A DNA stretch of 64,000 bases, from the NCBI GenBank assembly GCA_039630545.1, contig JBCNUU010000006.1, forward strand, positions 1 to 64,000. The letters run 5' to 3'. How positions within the stretch are numbered: the stretch's first letter is position 1; each line of letters begins with the position of its first letter. Positions 1-9,384 of the stretch are shown one piece after another. The notes under the pieces were generated by a model. That model was not told the DNA's origin. It searched no databases and saw only the letters and a program-made list of their open reading frames with translations. This stretch comes from Endomicrobiia bacterium. GTDB taxonomy: Bacteria; Elusimicrobiota; Endomicrobiia; DTEH01. The position numbers were made by a program, and so were the translations under genes.

Positions 1-36
1 GTCGCAATCCCCTTAGTTTCGGGTCTCTTTTCTCAC
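1..36 (-). CRISPR. First (leader-proximal) CRISPR repeat; the array presumably continues beyond the left window edge
   Basis: On - strand reads GTGAGAAAAGAGACCCGAAACTAAGGGGATTGCGAC (36 nt). It has a short CCC/GGG stem and ends in ATTGCGAC, a known type III crRNA 8-nt 5' handle. It lies downstream of a Csm operon. Only one copy and no spacer are visible. Confidence 0.8.
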
Positions 37-268
37 TGCGTGAAAATTTATAACTGGTTTTTCAAATAAAAAAATTTTAATTTTACTAACCTCAACAACT
101 TTTTACCAAAATTTTTAGTAAGCATATTGTAAAAAACACAAAAATGATTAATTTATCAAATTGTTTCACAATTGGCTAACCTCTAAAATTTTGCGTAGTT
201 TTACTTTTACTAAAAATCTTCTATTTTTTGGCAAAAAGTTGTCAAAGAACATGTTTGTGTTTTGTTTG
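37..268 (-). promoter_or_regulatory. CRISPR leader
   Basis: AT-rich non-coding 232 bp between the effector stop codon and the repeat. TTGACA on - strand at 240-245; direct repeat CTAACCTC at 86-93 and 176-183. Confidence 0.65.
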
Positions 269-1384
269 CTATAGATGATCGTCTATTTTATCAATAACAA
301 TAATATTATTTTCGTAATGACAATATGCTCTGTGTCCTAAGTCTGACCAAATGTAAAACTCGTGTGTTGAAGGTGGAATGGGATTACCCTTAATCCTATG
401 AAAATTTAAAGCATTAGGATTCTCATTAAACTTAATATACCGGTATAAATCGTCAATGCGCTCGTTTACTACTACTTTTCTATCTGGAGATAAATTTCTA
501 ACCTGGTTTCTAAAGTTATCAGAAAATCTTATTTGTCTAATCGGTGGATCATAAAGATCTTCTCTATAAATTTCCTTTTTATGATTATTCCATAAAATCT
601 CACCTGATATTGAAATGGTAGCATTTCCTTGCTGGTCAATTTCAAAAAAACTTTCAGGTAAGTTTTGGATTTCGTTTATATTAACTATTTCCTCTCCTAT
701 TATCATCCGCCTGAAAATATTTATGTTATTTTTTATCACATCTTTGCCACTCAGTGAAACGGGAAGTTTTGGAATTCTAAGTAAATTATTGCTTGTTTCA
801 AAAATATAGACAACCTCATCTGCGTAAAACATACCAAGTGTTTGCATTACTCCCTGAACACTTTTAAATCCACCGGTAAGGTTAAAAACTACTTTGTAAT
901 TGTTTGCTCTATATCCTGCAACGGTTTCTAAACAAAATTTAATTAATTCACTTACGCCTCTACGAAAAGAAGTGATGTCTTGCGTATTTAAAAAAGGTAT
1001 TTTTTGAGTAATAACAGTTTGAAATCCGATTTCTCTTAGTAATTCCTCTACTGTTTCTGCTGCTTTACTGCCAAGGTAGGTGTCAGTGTGAATAATTATA
1101 TTGATATCATTGTTTAAATAATCATCATAAAAGTTTCTGTTGTAATAAGATATGATACCATTTAATTCTGCAGATATTTTACTTATATCGTCATATCTTC
1201 TACTTTGTGCTAGATTTAACACTTGATTTTTTCTTTCTTCCATGTGTCTTTTAATTCTTTCCATATTTTGACTATCTATCTCATTTTCTTGCGCATTAGT
1301 ATAGGTATTTATAAGGTTTCTTATTTCTTGAGATGTGTTGTTTGTAAAAATACTTGTTCCAGAAGTCGAAACTATTAGTTTCAT
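269..1384 (-). CDS. cami1: CARF-domain type III effector with C-terminal RelE-like nuclease (Cami1-like, APE2256-type CARF)
   Basis: N-terminal STSGTS and NLTGGFK CARF motifs. The last ~90 aa (IRFSDNFRNQVRNL...HRAYCHY...DKIDDHL) have a RelE-like pattern with a terminal His. Located between csm5 and the array. Confidence 0.75.
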   Translation of the reverse strand: MKLIVSTSGTSIFTNNTSQEIRNLINTYTNAQENEIDSQNMERIKRHMEERKNQVLNLAQSRRYDDISKISAELNGIISYYNRNFYDDYLNNDINIIIHTDTYLGSKAAETVEELLREIGFQTVITQKIPFLNTQDITSFRRGVSELIKFCLETVAGYRANNYKVVFNLTGGFKSVQGVMQTLGMFYADEVVYIFETSNNLLRIPKLPVSLSGKDVIKNNINIFRRMIIGEEIVNINEIQNLPESFFEIDQQGNATISISGEILWNNHKKEIYREDLYDPPIRQIRFSDNFRNQVRNLSPDRKVVVNERIDDLYRYIKFNENPNALNFHRIKGNPIPPSTHEFYIWSDLGHRAYCHYENNIIVIDKIDDHL

Positions 1385-1400
1385 AAAATTATAAAGTTTT

Positions 1401-2531
1401 TTAGTTATTTAAATCTTTTAATCTACACTCTAACCAACCTAAAACATAGTAATTCTGGTTGTCTACAACTATACTGCGAGAAGTAGCAGTTAGTTTTTTA
1501 CCTTGATTTTTTCTACCAAATTTTTTTATAAATTCTTTATACCTGAAATCTTTGTCTTTTTCTAACAACATCGCTATTGTCTTTTGATAAAACCCCCCAC
1601 CTTGACCTAAAGAAAGAAAAAAACAACTATCATCAAGCTTTTTATTTTTAAGGTGTTCGTAAAATTCTATTATACCTTTTAACTTATCTTTTTCTGGGTG
1701 ATTATTAAAATATTCTAACTCTAAATCAATCAAATCTTTTGAAAATTCTAAACAACATTTAATTACGCCTTCTTTGGATAACAATTGTTTCCAAGAACTA
1801 TCTAATAACTTATCACTAAGTTTATCATTTATCAAAATTTCAGAAGTGATTGTTGTATCCTTTTTTAATGTTTCACAGTAAATTTTAAAACCTAATAAAG
1901 CTGATCTTGATTGTTTTTGAGGTTTACTTGCTAACCTTTGAATAACTTCAATCTTCAAAGAATTTGTACTAAGTAAAGAAGAGTCAGATACTAATAAAAC
2001 TCTTAATTTATCGTTATTTGTGCCAAAATCATTATTTTGAAATATAAGTTTGTCTATTATTGTTCTTGCTTTACTCCACAGTTCTTTTTTCAATGTATTC
2101 ATTAGATTCTGGTTATGTTTTAACAGATAATATGCTATCGCTGTCCTTATTGCTCCTTTTATAGAACTCCCAGGGATGTACGGAGTATTTTTAGTTTTAA
2201 TAAATGGTTTTACTATCAACTGATTGAGTTCATCATTTATTTTTGTAGTGTACAAACTTGCTACATTATTGCTAACATCTACACAATAGTCAAAGCTGTG
2301 TTTGTCGGGATTAAAACTTTCTACTAAAAATTCACGAAGTTGTATAATGTTGTTTTCTACTAGAGATGGAAATTTGTTCTGTTCATTTTGGGAGAGTTGT
2401 TGTAGAAAATTTTCCAATTCTATCTTATAAAACTTACCTTGTTTTATTATGTATTCATATGGGTAAATTTCTGTACCATCACCAATATGAACAGGAGATA
2501 AAATTTTACATTCTAATTTATATGTTTTCAT
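1401..2531 (-). CDS. csm5: Type III-A RAMP Csm5
   Basis: LSPVHIGDG, PYIPGSSIKGAIRTA, C-terminal LGQGGG and LGW motifs; position in operon. Confidence 0.92.
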   Translation of the reverse strand: MKTYKLECKILSPVHIGDGTEIYPYEYIIKQGKFYKIELENFLQQLSQNEQNKFPSLVENNIIQLREFLVESFNPDKHSFDYCVDVSNNVASLYTTKINDELNQLIVKPFIKTKNTPYIPGSSIKGAIRTAIAYYLLKHNQNLMNTLKKELWSKARTIIDKLIFQNNDFGTNNDKLRVLLVSDSSLLSTNSLKIEVIQRLASKPQKQSRSALLGFKIYCETLKKDTTITSEILINDKLSDKLLDSSWKQLLSKEGVIKCCLEFSKDLIDLELEYFNNHPEKDKLKGIIEFYEHLKNKKLDDSCFFLSLGQGGGFYQKTIAMLLEKDKDFRYKEFIKKFGRKNQGKKLTATSRSIVVDNQNYYVLGWLECRLKDLNN

Positions 2532-3477
2532 CTAATTTTACTCCTATTGGGAAAGCATAGGCATAGTGTTTAATGTTACTGTTGTCGCATACTTTTTCAA
2601 CAAGGCCACCATAATATTCTTTTACAGGATTGTCAATGAATACAGAACCAGAAGTGAACATCAAAAGTGGTTTTTTGAACGGATTTCTACTACGAGCATA
2701 ATCACCACCTAATTTGCCATATTTTGTAAAAATCTGATAATAACCTTTTTGTGGATCGGTTTTTTTAGGAATAAAACAAGAAAGTGACATAAAAGCATTA
2801 GGGTTTTTGGATAATGGGAGTTTTGTTTCTTCTATAGATATAAATTCCATAGCACCTTTCCCACTTGAAGCGCTTCTTCCAAAACCGCTAAGACATATAT
2901 ATTCAAAAATTGTTTTTAACTTTTCAGGCCTAAATTCAGTTTTTAAAAATATATTAATGTTAGTCGTATAAAATGTTTCTTCACTCGGATGTAAGCCACC
3001 TTCTAAAAGAACTGTGTTCGTCTTTCTGTTTATGGTATTGCGAAAAACAAGTGTAGAGAAAATTTTTGGTTGGGTTTGTTCTTTGTTAAGCAATAATTTT
3101 AACAAAGTAAATTCAGAAAGATTTTCTTTTAAATTTTCAAAATCTGAAATATGGAGATATTTTATTTTTCTTAACTTTTTTATTTTAAGAATACAATCCA
3201 TAAGGGATTTTCTGCTTTTACCAAATAAATCTTCTGCAAGAATAACCACTTTATCATAAGTAATGGGTTTAAGAATAGGTTTCGAAATAAAACCTTCTGG
3301 ATAGCCATCTGAAAGAATTATAGGAGGTTCTTCTTTGTAGGTTTCAAGAAATTCAACAAGTGATGATTCACCATAGAGATATCTTATCGCCCAACAAATA
3401 CAACCAAAAAATGTATCTGCTTGTAAAGGCGTTATTACTGAAGAGTTTATCTTAAATAAAATTTTATATGTTTTCAT
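2518..3477 (-). CDS. csm4: Type III-A RAMP Csm4
   Basis: ADTFFG, LSDGYP, RNTINR, GFGRSASSGKG and GSVF motifs. Confidence 0.92.
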   Translation of the reverse strand: MKTYKILFKINSSVITPLQADTFFGCICWAIRYLYGESSLVEFLETYKEEPPIILSDGYPEGFISKPILKPITYDKVVILAEDLFGKSRKSLMDCILKIKKLRKIKYLHISDFENLKENLSEFTLLKLLLNKEQTQPKIFSTLVFRNTINRKTNTVLLEGGLHPSEETFYTTNINIFLKTEFRPEKLKTIFEYICLSGFGRSASSGKGAMEFISIEETKLPLSKNPNAFMSLSCFIPKKTDPQKGYYQIFTKYGKLGGDYARSRNPFKKPLLMFTSGSVFIDNPVKEYYGGLVEKVCDNSNIKHYAYAFPIGVKLDENI

Positions 3478-3496
3478 TTTTTCGTTTGTAGTGTTC

Positions 3497-4183
3497 TTAT
3501 TCTAAATTTATATCTTTTATTTCATATTCAATTTTTATCTTTCCATATCCTCTACTCCCAGAACCGCCAAGATAGTCCTGCTGTAGCAGTTCTAAACCTA
3601 ATTTTACATTTTCAAATAGTTCCTCATCCCTTTTACCATTATCGTTATTTTCATCAAATACACGGTAAACCATCTCAAACTCAAACTGAGTTCCTGCAGG
3701 AACTCTTTCCATCTGACGGGGGTTGGCTTCAGCAGTTATTCTATTTATAGTATTTTCATACTTTTCTTCTGCATAGGGAAGACCTTTTTCTTCTTTTAAC
3801 TTTTTTAACATTTCTCTTGAAGCATCAGTAAGTTTTGCATCCCTTACAATTAACCTTGTTGGTCCTGTGTCTGTTTCCTGTCCTGCAGAAGTACCAAAGA
3901 TGCAACATATTGGACAATTTTTATCTTTACATGGATTTTTTCTATTGCTTCCGTGAACTTCACCGTTAGGTTCAACTTTTTCTAACTTCCATTCAAGAAG
4001 TGTTCTCATTTTACCTTTAATTGATGAACCTGGAATATATGGAAAATCATCAACAGGACTTCTAATAATAGGATTGTCAACACCTCCTATTTCTATCTTT
4101 TCGCTTGAACCACCAATATGAAGGCCAGTAAGGCAAGTTATAATTCCTGAAATTTTTTTGTATTTTAATAGTTTCATTTTCAC
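3497..4183 (-). CDS. csm3: Type III-A backbone RNase Csm3
   Basis: TGLHIGG, IGGVDNP (catalytic Asp present), PYIPGSSIKGKMR, YLGGSGSRGYG. Confidence 0.96.
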   Translation of the reverse strand: MKMKLLKYKKISGIITCLTGLHIGGSSEKIEIGGVDNPIIRSPVDDFPYIPGSSIKGKMRTLLEWKLEKVEPNGEVHGSNRKNPCKDKNCPICCIFGTSAGQETDTGPTRLIVRDAKLTDASREMLKKLKEEKGLPYAEEKYENTINRITAEANPRQMERVPAGTQFEFEMVYRVFDENNDNGKRDEELFENVKLGLELLQQDYLGGSGSRGYGKIKIEYEIKDINLE

Positions 4184-4593
4184 TTACCTCCTTCACCATA
4201 AAAATAACCTACAACTGCTTCAAATACTAAACAAAAAGCTATAAAATCTTTCTCTGTTTTTATATTATCAACCATCTCTTCTATGAACTCACGAAATTCA
4301 ATTGGAACTTTACGTTCCCTGCCTTTTGTTGGACAAGCGTATGCTGCCTTTGATTTTAACATTTTAATTAACGGTTTTGCTTGTTCAAAATTGTTTTTTA
4401 CCTTTAGTTCTAATGCTTTAACATCATGGTAAAACCTTCTTAGCTGCGCCGAAGTTAAAGGAGGATTCTTAGGACCTTGTTGTGGCCTTTGTGGACTAAT
4501 AAACTTTTTTGCCCATTCTAATGCTTTTTTTGTTAAAAGGTCTTCTTTAATGATGTTATTTTCAACATTTTCATAAAAATAATTCTCTGTCAT
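4180..4593 (-). CDS. csm2: Type III-A small subunit Csm2
   Basis: TSAQLRRFY and FEAVVGY motifs; 137 aa between cas10 and csm3. Confidence 0.93.
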   Translation of the reverse strand: MTENYFYENVENNIIKEDLLTKKALEWAKKFISPQRPQQGPKNPPLTSAQLRRFYHDVKALELKVKNNFEQAKPLIKMLKSKAAYACPTKGRERKVPIEFREFIEEMVDNIKTEKDFIAFCLVFEAVVGYFYGEGGK

Positions 4594-4606
4594 AACATAA
4601 ACCTCC

Positions 4607-7156
4607 TTATTTTCTTCCTCTGTTCTTATATAGTACCCAAAACAGAGGAATTTTAAGATTTTTCATTAGTATTTCTTCTTGTGGGTCTAAACTTATCTTG
4701 TAAAGTTTTTGAAGCTCATTTATAAGTTCTTCATTTACAATTTTTGTCTGTCCATTTTCTTTTTTTATCTGAATAATATTTCTTTTGACATCGTATGCCA
4801 TTAGAGAGTGGTAAAGAAGATTTCTAATGTCATATTTATCTTTTTTCGTATTGAGATACATATTATGATATTTTAATAATCTGTATAAAAATGCTGAATT
4901 TATTTTTGAACCTTCTCTGTTAAATTCTTTATCTATCTTTTCAGCAAAGCTAAATAATGCGTCTAAATTTATCCATTCAACAGTGGTGTCAAACAAAGTT
5001 ATCCTGTTTCTGCCATTATCCTTAGACATTTTTAGTGATTCTTCAGCTAGATGTATGGCTCTACTAATTGGGAAATTGGGTTTTATTAAAGTAATACCAG
5101 CAGAAAGAGAAATATCTTTGTTTTCACAAGTAAATTTTTTGAAATCAAAATATAGCTTTTTAGAAAATTCTATAATTGTTCTCCAATCACTTATTAGTAA
5201 TAAATCATCACCACCCGAATACACGGTATAGATATTTTGAAATTCGTTATGGCAGAGTTCTTCTACATAGCCGGCAAAGAAAAGATTCAACATTCTGCTT
5301 AAAGTAACATAACGAGATATAGAAATACTTCCACCTAATCCCAAACTAAAAATAAGTCCTAACCTGTCAACATCTGCCTTAAGAATTCCTATCAATTGAG
5401 AGCCAATTTTTTTACTGTCTTTCTGCTCAACGGATTTGGCAGCTATACAATAAAAAGTTTTTACTTTACCTGTCTCTTTGTTTACTTCACAATTTTTTTC
5501 ACTACATAAAGAACAAAGCTTTTCTTCAACATTTTCATCTGTAAAAACTGGAACATAATTTGCTATAAATCTCAACCCATAATTGGATAGCAAAACTTTG
5601 GGATCATATAACTCTTCAATAAGATAAAAATTTCTGTAATTAACTTTATTTTTATCTTCAAAAAAATAAATATAGTGTTTACCATCAAAAAAGGATATTT
5701 TTTCTTCAAAGTCAAGTCTACTGGTAGAATAACATAGAATTTTTTTCTTTATTAACCACTCACCAATTTTTTCTTGTTCATTACATTGACTGCAAATTTT
5801 ATTACCATCATTATTTTCAGCAGGCATTTTACCACAACTTTCACATATTCCTTCTGGATAATTAATATCTTGTACAAACTTTTCTTCACGCCATTCGTTG
5901 TTTTCATAAAGAAATTCAAAAAGTTGTTGTTTTTTCTTTTCTTCAATATTTTCGTTAAGTTTTTCTAAAAAAGAAGAAAATTTTTCTATTTTGAAATCAT
6001 CCCTTGAAAGTTCTAAACTCCAATCCAGATTTAATAGTAATTCTCCTTTAAATGTTTTATAGTACCATTCATTAATTTCACTATATATTTTGTTAAGTCT
6101 TCTCTTTATTTCATCTAAATTTGGCAAAAGTGTAATAAATCTTCCACCTGCATTAATTATATTACAAACTAATGGGAGATCTAATTGGTTAAGAATGAAA
6201 TGACTTGTAATATTAGTTAAAATACTTAAATAGAAAGATCTCGCTCTTAACCTTTTACTAATACCTTTCACACCACTATGTGAAAAATTAAAAATATACC
6301 TTTGAATACCACTTAAATCTCCACCTAACAATATAAACTTCTTATCGTTATTCCTAATACTATCCTCTGTAAGAGAATTCTTATTTTTATGAAACTCATA
6401 TAAACAAACAGCGATTGCAGCTGTTGTTTTTAAGTGGTCAAAAAGAGATATGTCAGGAAAATCAATAGTTGAGCTTGGAATACACCAGGTATATTTTTCT
6501 AAAAGAAATATTAGCGAGTTAAGAAATATATTAAAGTCATCTTTAGGAAGGTTTCGAAATTCACTAATAAAGTTTTGCCATAGTTGATTATATTTATTAA
6601 CTAAACTTTTTCCTTCAGGAGGATCTAATTTGCTTATATCCTGAGGAAATACATTATCTTTAATAGGCAATAACGGTCTTATATCATATCTATAAGCATC
6701 AGCAACAGAACCATTACTTTCTAAATTAATTTTTTCAAAGATAGAATGTAATCTTACTTTTTTGTATCTTTCAGATCCTCTAATTTCATCTATTATGTCA
6801 TTTTCTAATCTATCCATACCAGCAGAAATTTTATCAGCAATTTCTATAATGGTTTTTAGAGGAGTGTCTGGTTTGTGATGATATGATGCTAAATTTGCAC
6901 AATTATCTGTTATAATTGATAAAGAAATATTTTTGGGGAAATAATCTTTATTTTTCTCAAAAAATTCGTTTGTCCATATGACATGATGATGAGAATACCC
7001 ATCTTTGCTGTTTTTGTCAGTTGGACAAATAGAAGTTTTCATTCCTATTGATAAAGAAGAGAGTTCACTTTCATTTTCAAATGCACGTTGATAAAACTTA
7101 CCAATATCGTGTAATAATGCAGCTAAAATTATATTGTCTCGTTCATATGAGTTCAT
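4607..7156 (-). CDS. cas10: Cas10/Csm1 with intact HD nuclease and Palm (GGDD) cyclase motifs
   Basis: LLHDIGK, IADKISAG, SLFDHLKTTAA, GDLSGIQ, LRARS, KADVDRLG, VYSGGDD. Confidence 0.97.
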   Translation of the reverse strand: MNSYERDNIILAALLHDIGKFYQRAFENESELSSLSIGMKTSICPTDKNSKDGYSHHHVIWTNEFFEKNKDYFPKNISLSIITDNCANLASYHHKPDTPLKTIIEIADKISAGMDRLENDIIDEIRGSERYKKVRLHSIFEKINLESNGSVADAYRYDIRPLLPIKDNVFPQDISKLDPPEGKSLVNKYNQLWQNFISEFRNLPKDDFNIFLNSLIFLLEKYTWCIPSSTIDFPDISLFDHLKTTAAIAVCLYEFHKNKNSLTEDSIRNNDKKFILLGGDLSGIQRYIFNFSHSGVKGISKRLRARSFYLSILTNITSHFILNQLDLPLVCNIINAGGRFITLLPNLDEIKRRLNKIYSEINEWYYKTFKGELLLNLDWSLELSRDDFKIEKFSSFLEKLNENIEEKKKQQLFEFLYENNEWREEKFVQDINYPEGICESCGKMPAENNDGNKICSQCNEQEKIGEWLIKKKILCYSTSRLDFEEKISFFDGKHYIYFFEDKNKVNYRNFYLIEELYDPKVLLSNYGLRFIANYVPVFTDENVEEKLCSLCSEKNCEVNKETGKVKTFYCIAAKSVEQKDSKKIGSQLIGILKADVDRLGLIFSLGLGGSISISRYVTLSRMLNLFFAGYVEELCHNEFQNIYTVYSGGDDLLLISDWRTIIEFSKKLYFDFKKFTCENKDISLSAGITLIKPNFPISRAIHLAEESLKMSKDNGRNRITLFDTTVEWINLDALFSFAEKIDKEFNREGSKINSAFLYRLLKYHNMYLNTKKDKYDIRNLLYHSLMAYDVKRNIIQIKKENGQTKIVNEELINELQKLYKISLDPQEEILMKNLKIPLFWVLYKNRGRK

Positions 7157-8112
7157 AACACTATCTCATACCTCCCTAAGCCGAAGGTGCAGTTTTTGCC
7201 TATGTGGGTATACTGACCAAGGATTAAAAATGGTAGAAAATCTTCAAGAGATTCTTCAGTTTGATAGGTTATTTTTCCTATAAAGCCACTTAGTTCCATT
7301 ACTATTTTTCTTCTCTTAGAGTAACGAAACCATTTGCTCCAAGTGAGGTTATTATTTTTTATTTTAACATTTTTTGCTTTTTTTGTCAACATTTTGTAGT
7401 CAAATTTTATTTCTTGATCACAATAAAAATACAGGATCGCTAAAAGTCTGCGATATACTGCGCGAAAAAGTGATATAAACTGTGGTTCTTTTAAAATTAA
7501 ACCTTGTTCTTTAATTCTTGTCGGAGAAAGAAAATTTAGTGTTATTTCGTTTCTGTATGTCTTTGTGTCAAATTTGTCTAAAAGTTGTTTAAGAGTTACG
7601 TGACTGTTTAAGTTTCTTAATATCCGGTCCTGACTATAAACTACTTCGTCAAAAAAGTTTTTGACTTCAGTAAGTTGAAATTTTGTTCTGTTGTTTTTTG
7701 TTCCTATGCCCTTTTTTGAAAGGTTTTCAAAGGTTAAGATAAAGTAGGGTATGTACTGTGTTGCTTTACCAAAAAGTATAAGATTAAATTCAAACTCTTC
7801 CTGTGGTTGATAAAGATTTTTTGTATGGTCTACTTCTAACACAAAAGGTCTTGGAAGGTCTTTTGTTGCTCCAAAGTTCGGAAGAATTTCTTTAGGGTAG
7901 CTCTCAAATAAGTATACATATACACAGTTTGGTTTTACTATGCATTCGTCGCATTCTTTTGTTTTTTTGTTGATGCAGCAGGTTTCTTTTAAAACACTTC
8001 CAATTGCTCCTCGCAAAATGTTGCCAGGGTATGTAAGTAGCTTAAGCTGGTCTTCAAATTTAATGGTAAATCTATATAATGAGAAATAAAAATTTATATC
8101 TTCATTTATCAT
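7153..8112 (-). CDS. cas6: Cas6 pre-crRNA endoribonuclease
   Basis: LRGAIG, Cys-rich insert, PRPFVL, FLSPTRI, C-terminal G-loop HIGKNCTFGLG. Confidence 0.92.
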   Translation of the reverse strand: MINEDINFYFSLYRFTIKFEDQLKLLTYPGNILRGAIGSVLKETCCINKKTKECDECIVKPNCVYVYLFESYPKEILPNFGATKDLPRPFVLEVDHTKNLYQPQEEFEFNLILFGKATQYIPYFILTFENLSKKGIGTKNNRTKFQLTEVKNFFDEVVYSQDRILRNLNSHVTLKQLLDKFDTKTYRNEITLNFLSPTRIKEQGLILKEPQFISLFRAVYRRLLAILYFYCDQEIKFDYKMLTKKAKNVKIKNNNLTWSKWFRYSKRRKIVMELSGFIGKITYQTEESLEDFLPFLILGQYTHIGKNCTFGLGRYEIVL

Positions 8113-8168
8113 ACATATATTTGAAAACTTTAATATAAATTTTTCTTGTTGACAATCAATGTTTGTTG

Positions 8169-9365
8169 TTAAAATTTAAGTTTTTTTATGTTTTCCAAAA
8201 GTAAATCAACTGAGTCGGTCTTTTCCCAGGTGAAGTCTTCATCTGTTCTGCCGAAGTGGCCATATGAGGCTGTCTTTTTATATATTGGTCTTCTTAGTTT
8301 TAGTTTGTCTATTATTTCTTTAACTTTAAAAGAAAATGTGTATTTTATTAGTTTAAGAAGCTTTTCGTCATCTATTATCCCAGTGTTAAATGTATCAACT
8401 GCAATTGATACCGGATCTTCTTTTGCTATACAATAGGCAATCTGTATAAGACATTTTTTTGCAATACCTGCTTTAACTATGTTTTTTGCTACATAACGTG
8501 CCATGTACGCAGCTGAACGGTCTACTTTTGTGGGATCTTTTCCTGAAAATGCTCCTCCTCCATGAGGGACATAACCACCATAGGTGTCCACCATTATTTT
8601 TCTTCCTGTAAGGCCTGTGTCTGCTTGAGGACCTCCTATGGTAAACTTTCCAGAGTTGTTGATGTAAATTTGTGTTTTTGATGTAAAGAAATCTGAGATT
8701 ACAGGTATAACTATTTTTCTTATTATTTCGTCTTTTGCTTCTTCAGACATGGTATCGGTTTTTTTGTCAACTACTTCTTCGGTATGCTGTGCAGCAATAA
8801 TTACAGAGGAAACATAAAGAGGTTTGCCATTTTCATATTTTACTGTAACCTGGGCTTTCCCATCAGGGCCAAGATATGGAAGAATCTTGTTTTTTCTTGC
8901 TTCAGAAAGTGTTTTTGTAAGTTTATGAGCTAAAGTTATTGGCAGAGGCATAAGTTCTTCTGTTTCTGATGTTGCATATCCAAACATTATACCCTGGTCA
9001 CCAGCACCAATTTTGTCTTGTCCAGATACTGCTTTGTTTATCTCTTCGGATTGTCTGTTAAAGAGTGGTATTATTGTTATATCTTTGTAGTCCCAGCTAT
9101 AGAGTTCTTTAGAGGTGTATCCTATTTGTTTTATTACATTTCTTACTGTGTCTTCTATTTCATAAAAATAAATACTAGCTTCTGACAGGATCTCTCCAGC
9201 TAAAATAATTTTGTCTCCTGTTGCTATTGTTTCACAAGCAACATGTGCATGAGGGTCTAGAGTCAAATATCTGTCTAAAATAGCGTCTGAAATTTGGTCA
9301 CAAATTTTGTCGGGGTGTCCTTCAGTAACTGACTCTGCTGTGAATTCTGTAAGTTTTTGGTTCAT
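8169..9365 (-). CDS. metK: S-adenosylmethionine synthetase
   Basis: ESVTEGHPDKICDQISD, GAGDQG, GGGAFSGKDPTKVDRS, YGHFGR. Confidence 0.98.
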   Translation of the reverse strand: MNQKLTEFTAESVTEGHPDKICDQISDAILDRYLTLDPHAHVACETIATGDKIILAGEILSEASIYFYEIEDTVRNVIKQIGYTSKELYSWDYKDITIIPLFNRQSEEINKAVSGQDKIGAGDQGIMFGYATSETEELMPLPITLAHKLTKTLSEARKNKILPYLGPDGKAQVTVKYENGKPLYVSSVIIAAQHTEEVVDKKTDTMSEEAKDEIIRKIVIPVISDFFTSKTQIYINNSGKFTIGGPQADTGLTGRKIMVDTYGGYVPHGGGAFSGKDPTKVDRSAAYMARYVAKNIVKAGIAKKCLIQIAYCIAKEDPVSIAVDTFNTGIIDDEKLLKLIKYTFSFKVKEIIDKLKLRRPIYKKTASYGHFGRTDEDFTWEKTDSVDLLLENIKKLKF

Positions 9366-9384
9366 AAAATTACCTCCTTTTTGT

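Noticed and set aside
8113..8168. Proof of metK-cas6 co-transcription
   Set aside because: No terminator is visible, but TTGATT-16-TATATT and TTGTCA-17-TAAAGT could form an internal cas promoter; unresolved from sequence alone.
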